DNA of 64,000 nucleotides from Octopus sinensis (Eukaryota): NCBI RefSeq assembly GCF_006345805.1, contig NC_043009.1, positions 64,604,001 through 64,668,000 on the forward strand. Reading direction: 5' to 3'. The notes beneath the pieces are model-generated. The model saw nothing but the letters and a program-made list of their open reading frames with translations. It made no database searches and was not told the origin of the DNA. Shown here one piece after another: positions 12,276-25,309 of this stretch (positions are counted from its first letter, which is position 1; the number at the start of each line of letters is the position of its first letter). The translations under genes and the position numbers were made by a program.

Positions 12276-13388
12276 GGTGAAGTGGGGTACTGCCAAATTA
12301 TTCCCTAAAGAACACATTTTGTATATTTTGTTTACTTTTGTCTGATGTTTTTATTATTCTCGTTTAAAAGTATGATGTCAGTAACGTCCATTATCAAATT
12401 GGACGAAGAGGTAACAGAAAAAAAAAAAACTTCTCCTGCCCATTTATGGGAAGGAGATGATTGATTTAGACATGTTTCTTTTCTTTCTGAGAGCAATAAG
12501 TATCAGCTCAGTTTTATAGTTGATAGAATCGACAAACATCTTCACAAAATTTAAAACAATGACTACAAGATTGTAACCATAAGCCTATGTCAGAATCCAC
12601 TACAAATATTTTCTCTGTCATATCACCAGAAGCAAAATATTTGCATTGGTTTGCGATGATTATCCAGGCAATACACTTCTTTTAAATACATTTGCAGTAA
12701 AGTCTTGCACAGGAAAATTGAAATTTGTTTTCTTTTATCTGAGAGAGTAAAAAAACGAAGAATAGAATATAAAAGACAGACGGGCTGTGTTTAGAGTTGC
12801 AATCACTTTCAGCCTATACAAAATTACCTTTAATTAACTATATTTATATTTGTCTTACAAAAACAAACAAAGCACATATATACATACATACATACACACA
12901 TGCATACATACATACACATATAAGCATACAGGTACACATTTATGTATGTATATACGTACAAACATAATACATACATACATACATAGGCATACTCACATAC
13001 ACTCAGTCACATACACAAACATACAGAATCACATACGCACACACCTGTGTATACATTCATAACACATTTATGAATGTATGTGTATATACATATATATATA
13101 TATATATGTATATGTGTGTGTGTATAAATATATATTTATATATGTGTCTGCGTGTATGAGTGTGTATGTATATACGTATGTGTATATATACATATATATG
13201 TATATGTATGTATATATATATAAATATATGTTTGTATGTGTGTGTGTGTGTTATCACTGAAATCTGGGTGTAATGTAATTTCAATCGTTATTATTTTTAG
13301 GCCTTCACTTCTTCTCTTCTGTTGATGTTCTTTCTTTTGCAAGATCAGCAAACAGCCGAGAACGACTTAGCAATTTCTGCTCTCTTAC

Positions 13389-13443
13389 CTGTTGTCTGTC
13401 AGTCGGCGACGCCTAAACTCATAGATTATTTTGATATGAAAGT
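13389..13443 (-). other. Candidate 55-nt exon of an unidentified host transcript
   Basis: Minus strand pyrimidine tract ending TTCTTTCTCAG, then 55 nt, then CAG|GTAAGA; one open frame (FHIKIIYEFRRRRLTDN); no homology recognised. Confidence 0.25.
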
Positions 13444-13464
13444 CTGAGAAAGAAAGGGGGAAAG

Positions 13465-13517
<53 letters not shown>

Positions 13518-13736
13518 TGGGGAGTGCGTAGCGCAGACAACCCCCCATTTTGCCTCTCTGACATGTGTAACTTATTATCTTAGGCACAATGAAAGAATTT
13601 TAAAACAACGAGATAAAACAAATGAAGTAAAAAAAAAGACTCACAAAATTTCAACATCATGAAATATGTCAGAAGGTTGACAACAGTAAAATGATGGATT
13701 TAATTTGAAGTCAGTGCAATTAAGTACAAAACTTCA

Positions 13737-14187
13737 ATAATAATAATAATCTTTTCTGCTTTAGGCACAAGGACTGAAATTTTGGGGGAGGGGTTAAGTC
13801 GATTACATGGACTTCAGTACTCAGCAGGTACTTAATTTATCGACCCCGAAAGAATGAAAGGCAAAGTCGACCTCGGTGGAATTTGAACTCACAACGTAAC
13901 GACAGACGAAATACGGCTAAGCATTTCGCCCGGCGTGCTAACGATCTGCCAGTTCGCCGCCTTTAAAATATATAATCATTTCTACTATAGGCGAAAGGTT
14001 TGACACTTTTCGGGACGGGGTAAAGCGATTACATCGACCCCCAGTACTCAACTGGTACTTACTTTATCGATTCTGAAAGAGATGAAGGGCAAAGTCAATT
14101 TCGGCGGAATTTGAGTTCAGGACGTAAAGACAGATGCAAGGCTACTAAGCATTTTGTTCGACGCGCCAAAGATTTCGTTAGCTCGCA
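13737..14187 (-). mobile_element. Two tandem SINE family A copies (13737-13961, about 13973-14187)
   Basis: Reverse complement of the family A body twice; the first copy has an (ATT)n tail. Confidence 0.85.
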
Positions 14188-14214
14188 GAATATAAATGAA
14201 TATACATACATATG

Positions 14215-14495
14215 CGTGTGTGTGTGTGTGTGTGTGTGTGTGGGAGTGTGTGTGGTGTGTGCGTTTGTCTTTTTCCTCCCACCGGAGAACAGGTACTCGT
14301 TCGTTCACCTCTACGTAGCTGAGTGGTTGAGCAAGAGACGCAGCTAGAATAAGTACTAGACCCCCCCCCCCCAAAAAAAAATTTTTTTTAATGTACTGAG
14401 ATCGATTTGGTTGACTGAAAGAGTAAAATCCCTTTCCAGGTCTTGCCCCAGCATGGCCGAAGTCTAATGACTGAAACAGTTAAAAAAAGAAATGA
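14215..14495 (+). mobile_element. SINE family B, degenerate 3' half
   Basis: TAGAATAAGTACTAG...CCCCAGCATGGCCGAAGTCTAATGACTGAAACA. Confidence 0.7.
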
Positions 14496-15006
14496 AAAAT
14501 GAATATAAAAAAAATCAAGGAAATCTGCAATATTTTCATTACAACCCCAGAAAAGGCCATGCTTTGTGTGGCAACGTTTATTATGTTGTACCCAGGATAT
14601 AAAGCCAGAAAACGAGCGAAAAAAACCCCAGAAAAAATGTACTGCAGTGGAAAGCAAAACCAAAAACCCTCCAAAAAAACAACGAGTCAACAGTCGAGAT
14701 GCCCTCCCCCTTGCATTTTCAGATTGTTTTGATAGTGACGCTGCTGAGGTTTCTAGAAATAAATTCGGTACCTAGAAATGAGATTAACTGAGAAAACGAG
14801 GAATTTAGTGAAGCTGGGGGTAAAAAAAGGGGGCTGGAATGGTTGATGGATGGTACAGCAAGCAAGAAGGTCTCTTTGTGGGGCTGCTGCGCAATACATA
14901 TATAAATATATATATATGAATGTGTGTGTGTGTGTGTGCATATATATGCATGTATGTATATATGTTTGTATATATGCATATATATATACATACAAGCACA
15001 TACATA

Positions 15007-15053
<47 letters not shown>

Positions 15054-15288
15054 TCACAGATGAGATCCATAGTTTTCTCTCTCTCATATTTATATATATA
15101 TGCATATGTATGTATGCGTATATACATATATATGAATATACACATATACACATATACATATGCATTCATACATACATACAGACAGACAAATATATTAATA
15201 TACATATATATACATACGCACATATCTTTATGCAGATATATTATTTTTTATATATAAAACATATAGCGGCGTACGTACACTTTGGTCT

Positions 15289-15336
<48 letters not shown>

Positions 15337-15384
15337 ATATATGTATATGTGTGTGTGTATATATATATACATACATACATACAT

Positions 15385-15575
15385 AGGTTCTTTTATTTTT
15401 TTTACTTGTTTCAGTCAATTGATTGCGGCCATGCTGGACCATCGCCTTAAACTGTGTTAGTCGAAAAAATCGACCCCGGGACGTATTCTTTGTAAACCTA
15501 GTACTTATTTTATCGGACTATTTTGCCGAACTGCTAAGTGACGTGGACATTATTACATCACTGACTCAGTTGTAA
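15385..15575 (-). mobile_element. SINE family B, 3' part
   Basis: TTACTTGTTTCAGTCAATTGATTGCGGCCATGCTGGA...ATCGACCCCGGG...TTTTGCCGAACTGCTAAGT. Confidence 0.85.
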
Positions 15576-16169
15576 AGTGTTGAGTAAAGTTATTTGATTG
15601 CAGACCTTCTTTCAGTCTTTTTATTATCACTCAGTCACACATAGTCCCCAGATGGTAACATTGATTTCAAGGTCTTCCCATATGAGTAACTGGTTATTCA
15701 AAGACATTTATAGATTTTAAATTTATTCTGTCCAGTTACATATCAGTATAGTGGTCATTTGCAAACTCCAGGGGTGACACTTTAATTTCTCCTTAGCCCT
15801 CACGTCAACACAGTTGTTAATGTTGATTTCAGTTGGGTCACGCCCTTCCAATTGCTATAGATTCGTAATGCATCTTACGGCTGTGCCTGTCACCTGGATG
15901 GTGAGGAATCCTACATTGGGAGTGGTAACGACTAGGGTAGGGTAACTGACTGCTTATTGTGATCATTCGTCTTTTGGTTTCCTGTAGCTTTGCTCTCTTT
16001 TACAAACCCAGTGAACATATATTTCCTATTTCAAAGAAATTCAAACAATAGATATAAGACCCAAGTTAAAAAGATTTTCAACAATTCAACTTCTCTGGTT
16101 GACATTAAGATGCCCACTCCCAACAGGGACTTTAACTCTCACATTTTAGAGCTCCATGACCTTCATTTT

Positions 16170-16417
16170 TCAGGAGCAAAATCTTTTTAACAGGTTCAAT
16201 AAGACTGGAATTTTGGAATATGCGCATAAAAATCAGTAGTATGGTATACATGTGGCACGATTACAATTTTTTAGGGTGTGTAAAGAGGGAAATAACCTTC
16301 ATCTGCAATTTTGATGAAATCCGAAACATAAATATTCCAGTTCATTACAGAAAATATAACAGAAAAGTCTAATTCTTCAATTGAATGCAACCGCGCAACG
16401 CCGGGTATCTCTGCTAG
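16170..16417 (+). mobile_element. Helitron-like 3' end (5' boundary uncertain)
   Basis: ACCGCGCAACGCCGGG hairpin followed by CTAG|T, homologous to the ends at 20198 and 21006. Confidence 0.6.
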
Positions 16418-16639
16418 TAAAATTATAAAGAAAAGTGCTTAATTTCTTGTTCTGTATTATGCACTCACACATATATACAAGATTAAACAAATATTACTTT
16501 ATGGATAGTACGGAAATGCACAAGAATATAATGGCTTTTTGTGTAATTCCAACCCCACTGGCCCACTAAGGGTTAATGGAAATTAGCAGCGCAAACGGAG
16601 TGAATCAGAAATTCAGCTGTCACCGTTACAACTTCGTAC

Positions 16640-16712
<73 letters not shown>

Positions 16713-16782
16713 CCTGGCTATCTGTCTGTCTGTCTGTCTGATCTCTGTCTGTCTATCTAAATATATATCTGTCTATTTATCC

Positions 16783-16861
<79 letters not shown>

Positions 16862-16940
16862 ATCTATCTATCTATCTATCTATCTGCCTGTCTGTCTGTC
16901 TGACTGTCTGTCTGTCTGTCAGTCTGTCTGACTGTCTGTT
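16640..16940. repeat. (TCTA)n/(TCTG)n compound microsatellite
   Basis: Direct reading; similar tracts at about 1925-2025, 22013-22210, 30537-30600 and 39378-39455. Confidence 0.95.
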
Positions 16941-17730
16941 TAACAGTTTGACTCAGTTCCATATAACTTAATTTTTCGTTGTCGCATACGACGCATCCAT
17001 ATCATCAGAGATCAGAGAAACGAAAAGTTTTAAGAAGAAAAATAAGGCATTTAGATGTTGAATGCTTCTTTCGTTCGTCTGTCTGTCTCACTGTCTGTCT
17101 GCCTGTCTCTGTCTGTCTGTCTCTCTGCCTATGTATGTATGTGTGCGTGTGTGTGCATGCATGTGTGTGTATATGTGTGTGTGCGCGCGTATGTATAAAG
17201 GAATTTACGTTAGCGCACTTTGAACGGAAATTTTTGTCATAGTCACAAAATATCTGTTTAAATTACAAAAGAAAATGTATTTAAAAATTCTTTGCCATTG
17301 TCAAACATCTGTTCGGAAGTTGTATTCAACAACGAGCAAATATTTTTGGTTGTCTGTGTGTGTCTGTGGTTTCTAACTGTAGATTTTGCATATTTCTTTC
17401 ATATATTGAAAACTTCATGAACCTTGTATGTTTTGTCTTACTTTTCCTTTGATCTAAACAGTCTGTTACGCAGAAATGATAACCCTTCTCATGCTCCCCC
17501 AAACACACACATACATATATATATATATCGGAAATTAAAAAAAGGAAAATACACACACTTTACATAGTTTTAATATAATTTTTAATATATCGACCGGACC
17601 GGTTTCGCTTTCGCTATTCATGATATTAAGGTTTACTTATTTGAATATGTATTTTCTTAAGAAGAAATTTTTGTCCATGTTGTGTGTGATGATATTTACG
17701 AGTGAATACATACGTACATACATACATACA

Positions 17731-17826
<96 letters not shown>

Positions 17827-17862
17827 TATATATATACACACACAAAAAGTTTCTAAAAACTT

Positions 17863-17905
<43 letters not shown>

Positions 17906-18056
17906 AATAGATGAGTGTATTTTTACCTTGTTAACAATTAACACGGAAAAAATAAATAAATAGTTACCAGGGCAGCAAAAATCTCACAAGTAAAGGTGTT
18001 GTAACTCCTTGTTTATAAAGGTAGAAACTTCGTGTTTACGTTGAATATTTTGAATA

Positions 18057-18337
18057 ATATATGAATAAATAAATGGAGTTTAACGCAGGTGTAATCAAAT
18101 ATTTTTACTTTCGACACATGTTTCGAAAATTCCGCTGATACTATTCAAAAGAATGAATGGTATAAACATTTTGCTAAAATGTCTTATTGACGAGTTTCGT
18201 TTTTTTCACTTTCCTGAGGAGAAGATTGCATTGTTTATACCATTCATTCTTTTGAATAGTATCAGTGGAATTTTCGAAACATGTGTCGAAAGTAAAAATA
18301 TTTGATTACACCTGCGTTAAACTCCATTTATTTATTC

Positions 18338-18343
<6 letters not shown>
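18057..18343. repeat. About 110-bp near-perfect inverted repeat (18057-18168 / 18232-18343)
   Basis: Arms are reverse complements with one mismatch seen; 63-bp spacer. Confidence 0.95.
18208..18293 (+). ncRNA. Type I hammerhead ribozyme, intact core
   Basis: Stem I ACTTTC/GAAAGT; CTGAGGA 18214-18220; stem II GAAGATT/AATTTTC; GAAAC 18276-18280; stem III ACA/TGT; GTC triplet 18285-18287. Confidence 0.8.
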
Positions 18344-18372
<29 letters not shown>

Positions 18373-19357
18373 TTAATTCTTAAGTATTATAGAATGTGAA
18401 GTGTTGCTGCAATTTCCCATAGAATCTATAAACAAAGAGAACAAAATATCTCCGTCCTTACTCATACATTTAGGTATCTTGAGTGTTCATACCTAGTTTC
18501 TTACAATGGAACTACAATCCTCGTCACCCTGACCGAGATCCTCCTTCAGCTCCTTCTTGGCGCTGTTGCACCTTATTTTCGTCGCGAACATTAAAAACTA
18601 TTACTTACTTACCTAGGCACAAGAGGAGCAAACTTGAACAGGCCCTACACAAACCATTGTGCCTTTAATAGTGCCCACTCTGTCCGAAGCAATCGGAGCT
18701 GATATTGGTCTGAGGACAACAGCTTTCCCATTCTCACTTTCTCTGGGGAAGATCATGGATTCTATTCTCCCGCATTATGGAATGAAACGGTTGGGTGTGG
18801 CTTTTTGGACGCTGGCGATTTGGCACGACTTACTGGACATTGAACTGCATTGGAGATTGTTCTTTTTTACACCGGCGATCAACACAGACGCGTGCGTGTG
18901 CACACGCACACATATACGTAGCCACCCACGCGCGCCCATTGTTATACATATGCACAGCTAGATAGAGCGCTAGATAGATAAAGAGAGGTTACTTTTTCTG
19001 AGTACGACTAACATTACCACTAGCCCTCTCCTCGTAGATATAAAGAGAAATATGATTACAATCATAAACAGAAAGAGAGAGAGAGAGAGAGGGTGAGAGA
19101 GAAAACGAGAGAGAGGAGAGGAAGATGCAGAGAAGGGAGTGGGGAAAGTGTTAGAAAGTTATAGAGAGAAGGAGAGAGCGAAGGAAATATTAAAACGTCT
19201 GATGTCAAATAAGTCATCGTCGAATCAATGACGCGAAACGAGCTGGTTAAAACGACCGAACCAAAATGACTCATAGCCTCCTCCTCACGCTAAGCCCTCT
19301 CTCTCCCTATCTCTCTTTCTATGTCTCTCTCATTCTCTCTCTCTTTGTATATATACT

Positions 19358-19414
<57 letters not shown>

Positions 19415-19515
19415 ATATATATATATATATATACACACATATATGTATGCATGTATGTATGTATGTATATATATATATATATATATATATTTACATATAC
19501 ATATGTATGTATGTT

Positions 19516-19559
<44 letters not shown>

Positions 19560-19569
19560 AAATTAAATA

Positions 19570-19790
19570 ACAAAGGAACAGGAAATTATACCACGGACTT
19601 CATTACCTTACAGCTGTTTCTGTTATAAGATGCAAGGGACACAGAGAGCTGAGTGATTGTGAGTTACGTTATAGATTCCTCAAATAATTCAAAAGTGAAG
19701 AGCAAGCACTCAGCTCTGAATGCAATGCAGTGTATAGCAGAAACAAGTGTAAGCTAATGAGGCTGATAGCATAATTTCCTGTTCCTTTGT
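19570..19790. repeat. Imperfect inverted repeat with hammerhead remnants
   Basis: ACAAAGGAACAGGAAATTAT pairs with ATAATTTCCTGTTCCTTTGT and AGAGCTGAGTG with CACTCAGCTCT; GAAACAGCTGTA on the minus strand, GAAACAAGTGTA on the plus strand. Confidence 0.8.
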
Positions 19791-19798
19791 AATATATA

Positions 19799-20198
19799 TC
19801 TTTATATATAAAAGAGAGGTTGTGTGGTGTCTGTCTCCTACGATTTAGATTCCTAACTACTGCCACATTTTGCGGTGCAGTTTAACCAAAACCGGGTATC
19901 TTATAGTCGTGATTCATATCGAGCCCTTCTGGGTATTAGCGCGCGTCTACGATGAGTCTACGATTTAAAAAAAAAATTACCATAATTTTTTTCCATTTTA
20001 ATGTATTTTTTCGCTGTTATATAAGGGAAGTAACTCTCTAAAAATGTCTACAATGAGTCAACGATTTAAAAAAAATTTACCATAATTTTTTTATCATTTT
20101 TAATGCATTTTTTTGCTATTTTTTGGCTATAATTCTCTAAAAATGCTTATATAGTTATTTCCCTTACAAACCCGAGCAACGCCGGGCGATACTGCTAG
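19799..20198 (+). mobile_element. Non-autonomous Helitron-like element
   Basis: A|TC start, subterminal hairpin CCCGAGCAACGCCGGG, CTAG|T end, internal tandem duplication of about 100 bp. Confidence 0.8.
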
Positions 20199-20614
20199 TA
20201 TATATATATAATTCCACATTACCCTCTGTACTCGACTAACGCTTTGAGTTCTAATACCAGCTTATTAGTAACGGTATGCTCAAGCGAAATGACATTCACT
20301 CACACTCACAACGTTTATTGTCTGACTTGAAGACATTAGCGACATAAGATGAAACGGAAATCGAAACTTGATTGGTCTAACCAGTATTTCTCATACGGTT
20401 TGTTTTACTGCAGCTGTTGTTGTTCATCTGCTGACAGATCATCCATCACACAGTAGTATATTTATTTGCAAGCATTCACTTAACTTATTCCATTATTATT
20501 TTATGAGGTTATTATTACGAACGGAAAAAAAGACAAGAAAGCAAGAAAGACGCTAGTGGTGAGAATTCGGGTGAAATCGAAACAAAGGGAGGAAATTAAC
20601 ATACCACAAAATAA

Positions 20615-21006
20615 TCTCTCTCTATATAAACCTGAAGTTGTCTGTGTATGGCAGGTTTGGTAGCCTTCAACTAACACTATCTCCTCTGAGACCCTGCGGC
20701 GCAAGTTGACCAAAATTGAGAGTATGATAGAAGAAGGCTTGCTCTGCCTTCCGTAGAAGATAAAATTCAAATCGGACCATGTTAACACCAAAAATTATTT
20801 ACATCAAAAAGGTGCTTTTTTTCTATGAAAATCCCTATTTTTAACGATTTTTTGACTGCTGTGTCGCCATTTTTCGGTGTATTTCAACCAGAAAAATGTT
20901 CACTTAAAGAGAATAACAAGCTACATAATGCAAAGTTTTTACTTTTCAAAAATTCCAATTCTAAAGAGTCGAAACAAACCCGAGCAACGCCGGGCGATAC
21001 TGCTAG
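20615..21006 (+). mobile_element. Non-autonomous Helitron-like element with a different body
   Basis: A|TC start; 3' end CAAACCCGAGCAACGCCGGGCGATACTGCTAG identical to the copy ending at 20198. Confidence 0.78.
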
Positions 21007-21039
21007 TATATTATATTTAGCAATATTTCTGAGTATGCA

Positions 21040-21228
21040 AGACGGCAAGCGTTTTCTGCGTCGAACCAAATGCTTAGCGGCAAAATACTTCCATAGACAC
21101 GTTCTGAGTTCCAATTCCGCAGGGGTCGATTTTCATCTTACATCCTTTGGAGGTCGATAAAATAGGTAGCAGTCGAGTACAGAAATCAATGTCAACGACT
21201 TGTTCTCTTCTCACTAAATTTTAGGCAC
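21040..21228 (+). mobile_element. Degenerate SINE family A copy
   Basis: AAATGCTTAGCGG...GTTCTGAGTTCCAATTCCGCAGGGGTCGAT...GGTCGATAAAATAGGTA. Confidence 0.7.
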
Positions 21229-22012
21229 ATTTTCAGGATAAGTACTAATTGGAGAGAGTTGGCAGACGATCATGCATTTTCAACTGTTGTTTAGTCCCCG
21301 TGTCAACCTTGATCAAGCAGGCTTATGACAACAAACAAGACATTCCGGCCGTGACCATCTCGTCCTTCATTTTCCAGAAGTGGTGCAGAGATTTAGCTGC
21401 TATATTTAGCAAGTCGATTTAAACCCGTTGACGGCTCGTTGTTTAAGACGACATGGCTGGCGTTAGTGAAATAAATTTCTTTGAAGCATGGCTCTATGGC
21501 CTTGTGAGTGAATTTGGTAGAGGAAAGCTATATGGAAGTTCGTCGTGTATATATATATATATCTGTTTAGTCTTGACTGTTGAAAAAAAAGACCCCTTAA
21601 TGCATTAGCAGAGTTAATAACAAGAACAACGGCAACGATAGCTAAAAGTGCATTATGAGTGTATACATTTCCAATGCAGGCGTGTCGAATCTAAGCTGAT
21701 TACGATGACATAACACCAATGTATTCCCCCAAAAGATATCAATGTCACGATATCAGTTTCCTCCCACACCCCGTCTGTTAATATTGTTTTGATAACTAAA
21801 AATATAACAAGCCAAGAAGGAGTTGTAAAAGATGGAAGGATGGAAGATCATCAGGCCAGGAGACGTAATCCGACGTCGGTTCTTGGTTTAAACGGTTTAC
21901 GCCTCATTTAAGTTGCACATTTTTCTTGTCGTACGCACGGCTATTGCAAATTATTCACTCTGGTACTGTATGCAATTTGAGACGAGACCCTGCACCCACT
22001 GATAAGAATAGA

Positions 22013-22103
<91 letters not shown>

Positions 22104-22121
22104 CGTCTGTCTGTCTGTCTA

Positions 22122-22164
<43 letters not shown>

Positions 22165-22166
22165 GC

Positions 22167-22210
<44 letters not shown>

Positions 22211-22211
22211 T

Positions 22212-22410
22212 TCTTTTATCTCTTACTTGTTTCAGTCACTGGACTGCAGCCATGTTGGGGCACCTAGTTTAATCGAAGAAATCGACCCCAGGACTTATTC
22301 TTTGTCTAGTACTTATTCTATCAGTCTCTTTTTCTGAACCGCTAGGTTACGGGGATGTAAATGCACCAACATCAGTTGTCAAGCGGAAGGAGGTGGTACA
22401 AAGACAGACA
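22212..22410 (-). mobile_element. SINE family B, 3' half
   Basis: Reverse complement of about 22745-22925. Confidence 0.85.
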
Positions 22411-22442
22411 TACATGCATACATACATACATACATACATACA

Positions 22443-22503
<61 letters not shown>

Positions 22504-22504
22504 T

Positions 22505-22536
<32 letters not shown>

Positions 22537-22930
22537 GGAGTGGCTGTGTGGTAGTAGCTTGTTTACCAACCACATGGTTCTGGGTTCAGTCCCACTGCGT
22601 GGCACCTTGGGCAAGTGTTTTCTACTATAGCCTCGGGCCGACCAAAGCCTTGTGAGTGGATTTGGTAGACGGAAACTGAAAGAAGCCCGTCGTATATATG
22701 TATATATGTATGCGTGTGTGTGTTTGTGTTTGTCCCCCTAGCATTGCTTGACAACCGATGCTGGTGTGTTTATGTCCCCGTTACTTAGCGGTTCGGCAAA
22801 AGAGACCGATAGAATAAGTACTGGGCTTACAAAAGAATAAGTCCCGGGGTCGAGTTGCACGATTAAAGGCAGTGCTCCAGCATGGCCGCAGTCAAATGAC
22901 TGAAACAAATAAAAGAGTAAAAGAGAAAGA
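22537..22930 (+). mobile_element. Full-length tRNA-derived SINE family B (CORE-like)
   Basis: A-box-like TGGCTGTGTGG, B-box-like GGTTCAGTCCC, CORE-like ACCTTGGGCAAGTG, internal (TA)/(TG) tract, tail GACTGAAACAAATAAAAGAG. Confidence 0.9.
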
Positions 22931-23252
22931 GTATATATATATATATAGGTAATGAAAAATGAAAGAGGTGAACTCTTTTCATGAAACAACACCGTACGAT
23001 TCAATTTATTGAGCGATTAGATTAAGGAAATGTGGATTACTGAAATTGAAAAGGATTTACCTACACACTTCTTCGCACATTCCCGGAAAGGGCCGTTATA
23101 TTCTTTCGTTATTACTGGATTCGTTGGAGGACTTCCTTTTCGGATTATAGTGAATTGCCATCTCATCAGCTTGAGACTTTTCGAATTGTTTGTATGTATT
23201 TATGTAATCCTTCATCCGACTTTGATCTGAGCTCAGAATTATGCTATAATAT

Positions 23253-23450
23253 GGAGTGGCTGTGTGGTAAGTAGCTTGCTAACCAACCTCATGGTTCCGG
23301 GTTCAGTCCCACTGCGTGGCATCTTGGGCAAGTGTCTTCTGTCATAGCCCCGGGCCGACCAATGCCTTGTGAGTGGATTTGGTAGACGGAAACTGAAAGA
23401 AGTCTGTCGTATATATGTATATATATATGTGTGTATATGTGTTTGTGTGT
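23253..23450 (+). mobile_element. SINE family B, 5' half
   Basis: Near-identical to 22537-22730. Confidence 0.88.
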
Positions 23451-23532
23451 CTAAGCAACGACGATCGATTGTTTTTAAAGCAAGTGTAAACTCTACTTAA
23501 TAGATTGAGTACTCTTACACTTTTCAGTTAAA

Positions 23533-23825
23533 CATACACACACACACACACACATATATAGGGTCTCTCTCTCTCTCTCTCTCTCTTTCTCTGATACCCC
23601 CCACACTCTCTGTGTCTCTCACACACACGTACACACACACACATATATAGAGTCTCTCTCTCTCTCTCTTTCTCTTTCTCTGATACCCCCCCACACTCTC
23701 TGTGTCTCTCACACACACGTACACACACACATATATAGGGTCTCTCTCTCTCTCTTTCTCTTTCTCTGATACCTCCCCACACACTCTCTGTGCCTCTCAC
23801 ACACACGTACACACACACATATATG
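23533..23825. repeat. Three tandem units of about 90 bp built from CA, TA and CT microsatellites
   Basis: TTTCTCTGATACC...CACACTCTCTGTG.CTCTCACACACACGTACACAC occurs three times. Confidence 0.85.
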
Positions 23826-25239
23826 CGACTCCCATTCATACATATACACGTATGTTTACGCATAGAGAAGCATGCAGACAAAATCAGGCGCACGCAAACA
23901 AACACAAGCACACAAACACATTCATACGCATTTACATACACACATTTATATGATATCAAACATACACGTGCGCGCGCATGCACATAAATACAGCACGCTC
24001 ACACACACACACACAAATACAAGATGCACACACGTGCGCACACACGCACACACACACACAAAAGGGGCCTCAGACAGATCTATGTCCTACACTCCTTTCT
24101 TTAGTCTATGTCCGCCTACGACTGACTTTTTACCTTCTGAATTCACCATTGATGTGTCTCCTGCGACGGTTGGCCCTCCCACAGAAAAAAAACCCCAAAA
24201 ACAAACAAACAAAGAATAAATAAAAATAAATGATAAAATAATACATAAGTGTAAGAAAGCAAAAATTACTCATCAGATTCTCAAAGAATTCAAAAATAAG
24301 AGAGGATGCGCCTGAAAAAAGAATTAGGCATGCTGTTTCAATAGCAACGAAACTTTTGAATATTTTCTCAAAAGAGAAGGAGAGCTAAACGTTCGAGTAT
24401 AAATGACTCATATTAGTCGTCGTTGTCGTCTTCGTCGTCGTTGTCATCATCATCATCATCTCCTCCTCCTCCTCCTCCTCCTCATCATCATCATTATTTG
24501 GTGTCATCATGTCTGTTCTTGATATTTGAAGGAGTGTACGCGTCGCGTAGGTCTTAATTTGAAGTAATTAGCTTTTAGATCTTTATAAGTTCTCAGGATA
24601 CCCATGTGAGAGCGATTTTATGAACTACACCCTTCAAGAGGCCTCTCCCACCCTTGTGGAGAGAGTTATAGAGAGTTTGGCAGTCACTGGTAGGGGAAAG
24701 AAGTGTGGTCTGTGTAGGCGTGTGTTTTGTTTTCTTTTGTTGTGTCGAGTGATGTTGGAAGCAATATTGCCTGAGCACAGGCAAGTGTGGCTAACTTTAA
24801 TAGTAAGGTCATTAAAAAGCTTGTGTAACTTGTGGGTGTTTGAGAAAGGTTTCGAATTTGGGACAAGAAGTTTCCACCTATGTTTGAGAAGAAATTTAAT
24901 TCTATGGAGTATTGAACCAAATTACCTTTTCCTACCTAACTCTCTCTGGCATTGGAGTGCGGGTGAAGAATATTCCATATATCCTAGCGTCTCCTTGTTC
25001 TCCCCACTTCCTTTCATTCTTCCTTTGTTTCTTCCTGTCTTTCTGCCTCTCTCTCTTTGTGCATGTGTATATGTATACATGTAAGGTTTCTATGTGCTCA
25101 CACTCACACAAACACGTATACATATACTCTTACGCTCACCTTGTTTAATTAGCTAATTAATTAATTAGCGGCTTTTTAGCACAACAGACACATTTCTATT
25201 TGTTGTTTTTCCTGCATTTTCTTATCGTCTCTTTCTCTT

Positions 25240-25309
<70 letters not shown>

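Noticed and set aside
17590-17625. GCGAAAGC-GAAACCGGTC on the minus strand as a complete hammerhead
   Set aside because: Only the 3' half is present; CUGANGA and stem I are missing, so it is counted only as a remnant
19198-19250. CTGATGT...GAAAC as a hammerhead
   Set aside because: Core mismatch, no NUH triplet and no stem I
22885-22920. SINE B tail AGTC-AAAT-GACT-GAAACAA(G/A)TA resembling hammerhead stems II and III
   Set aside because: No CUGANGA upstream in any copy and no stem I; better explained as a LINE-type 3' stem-loop
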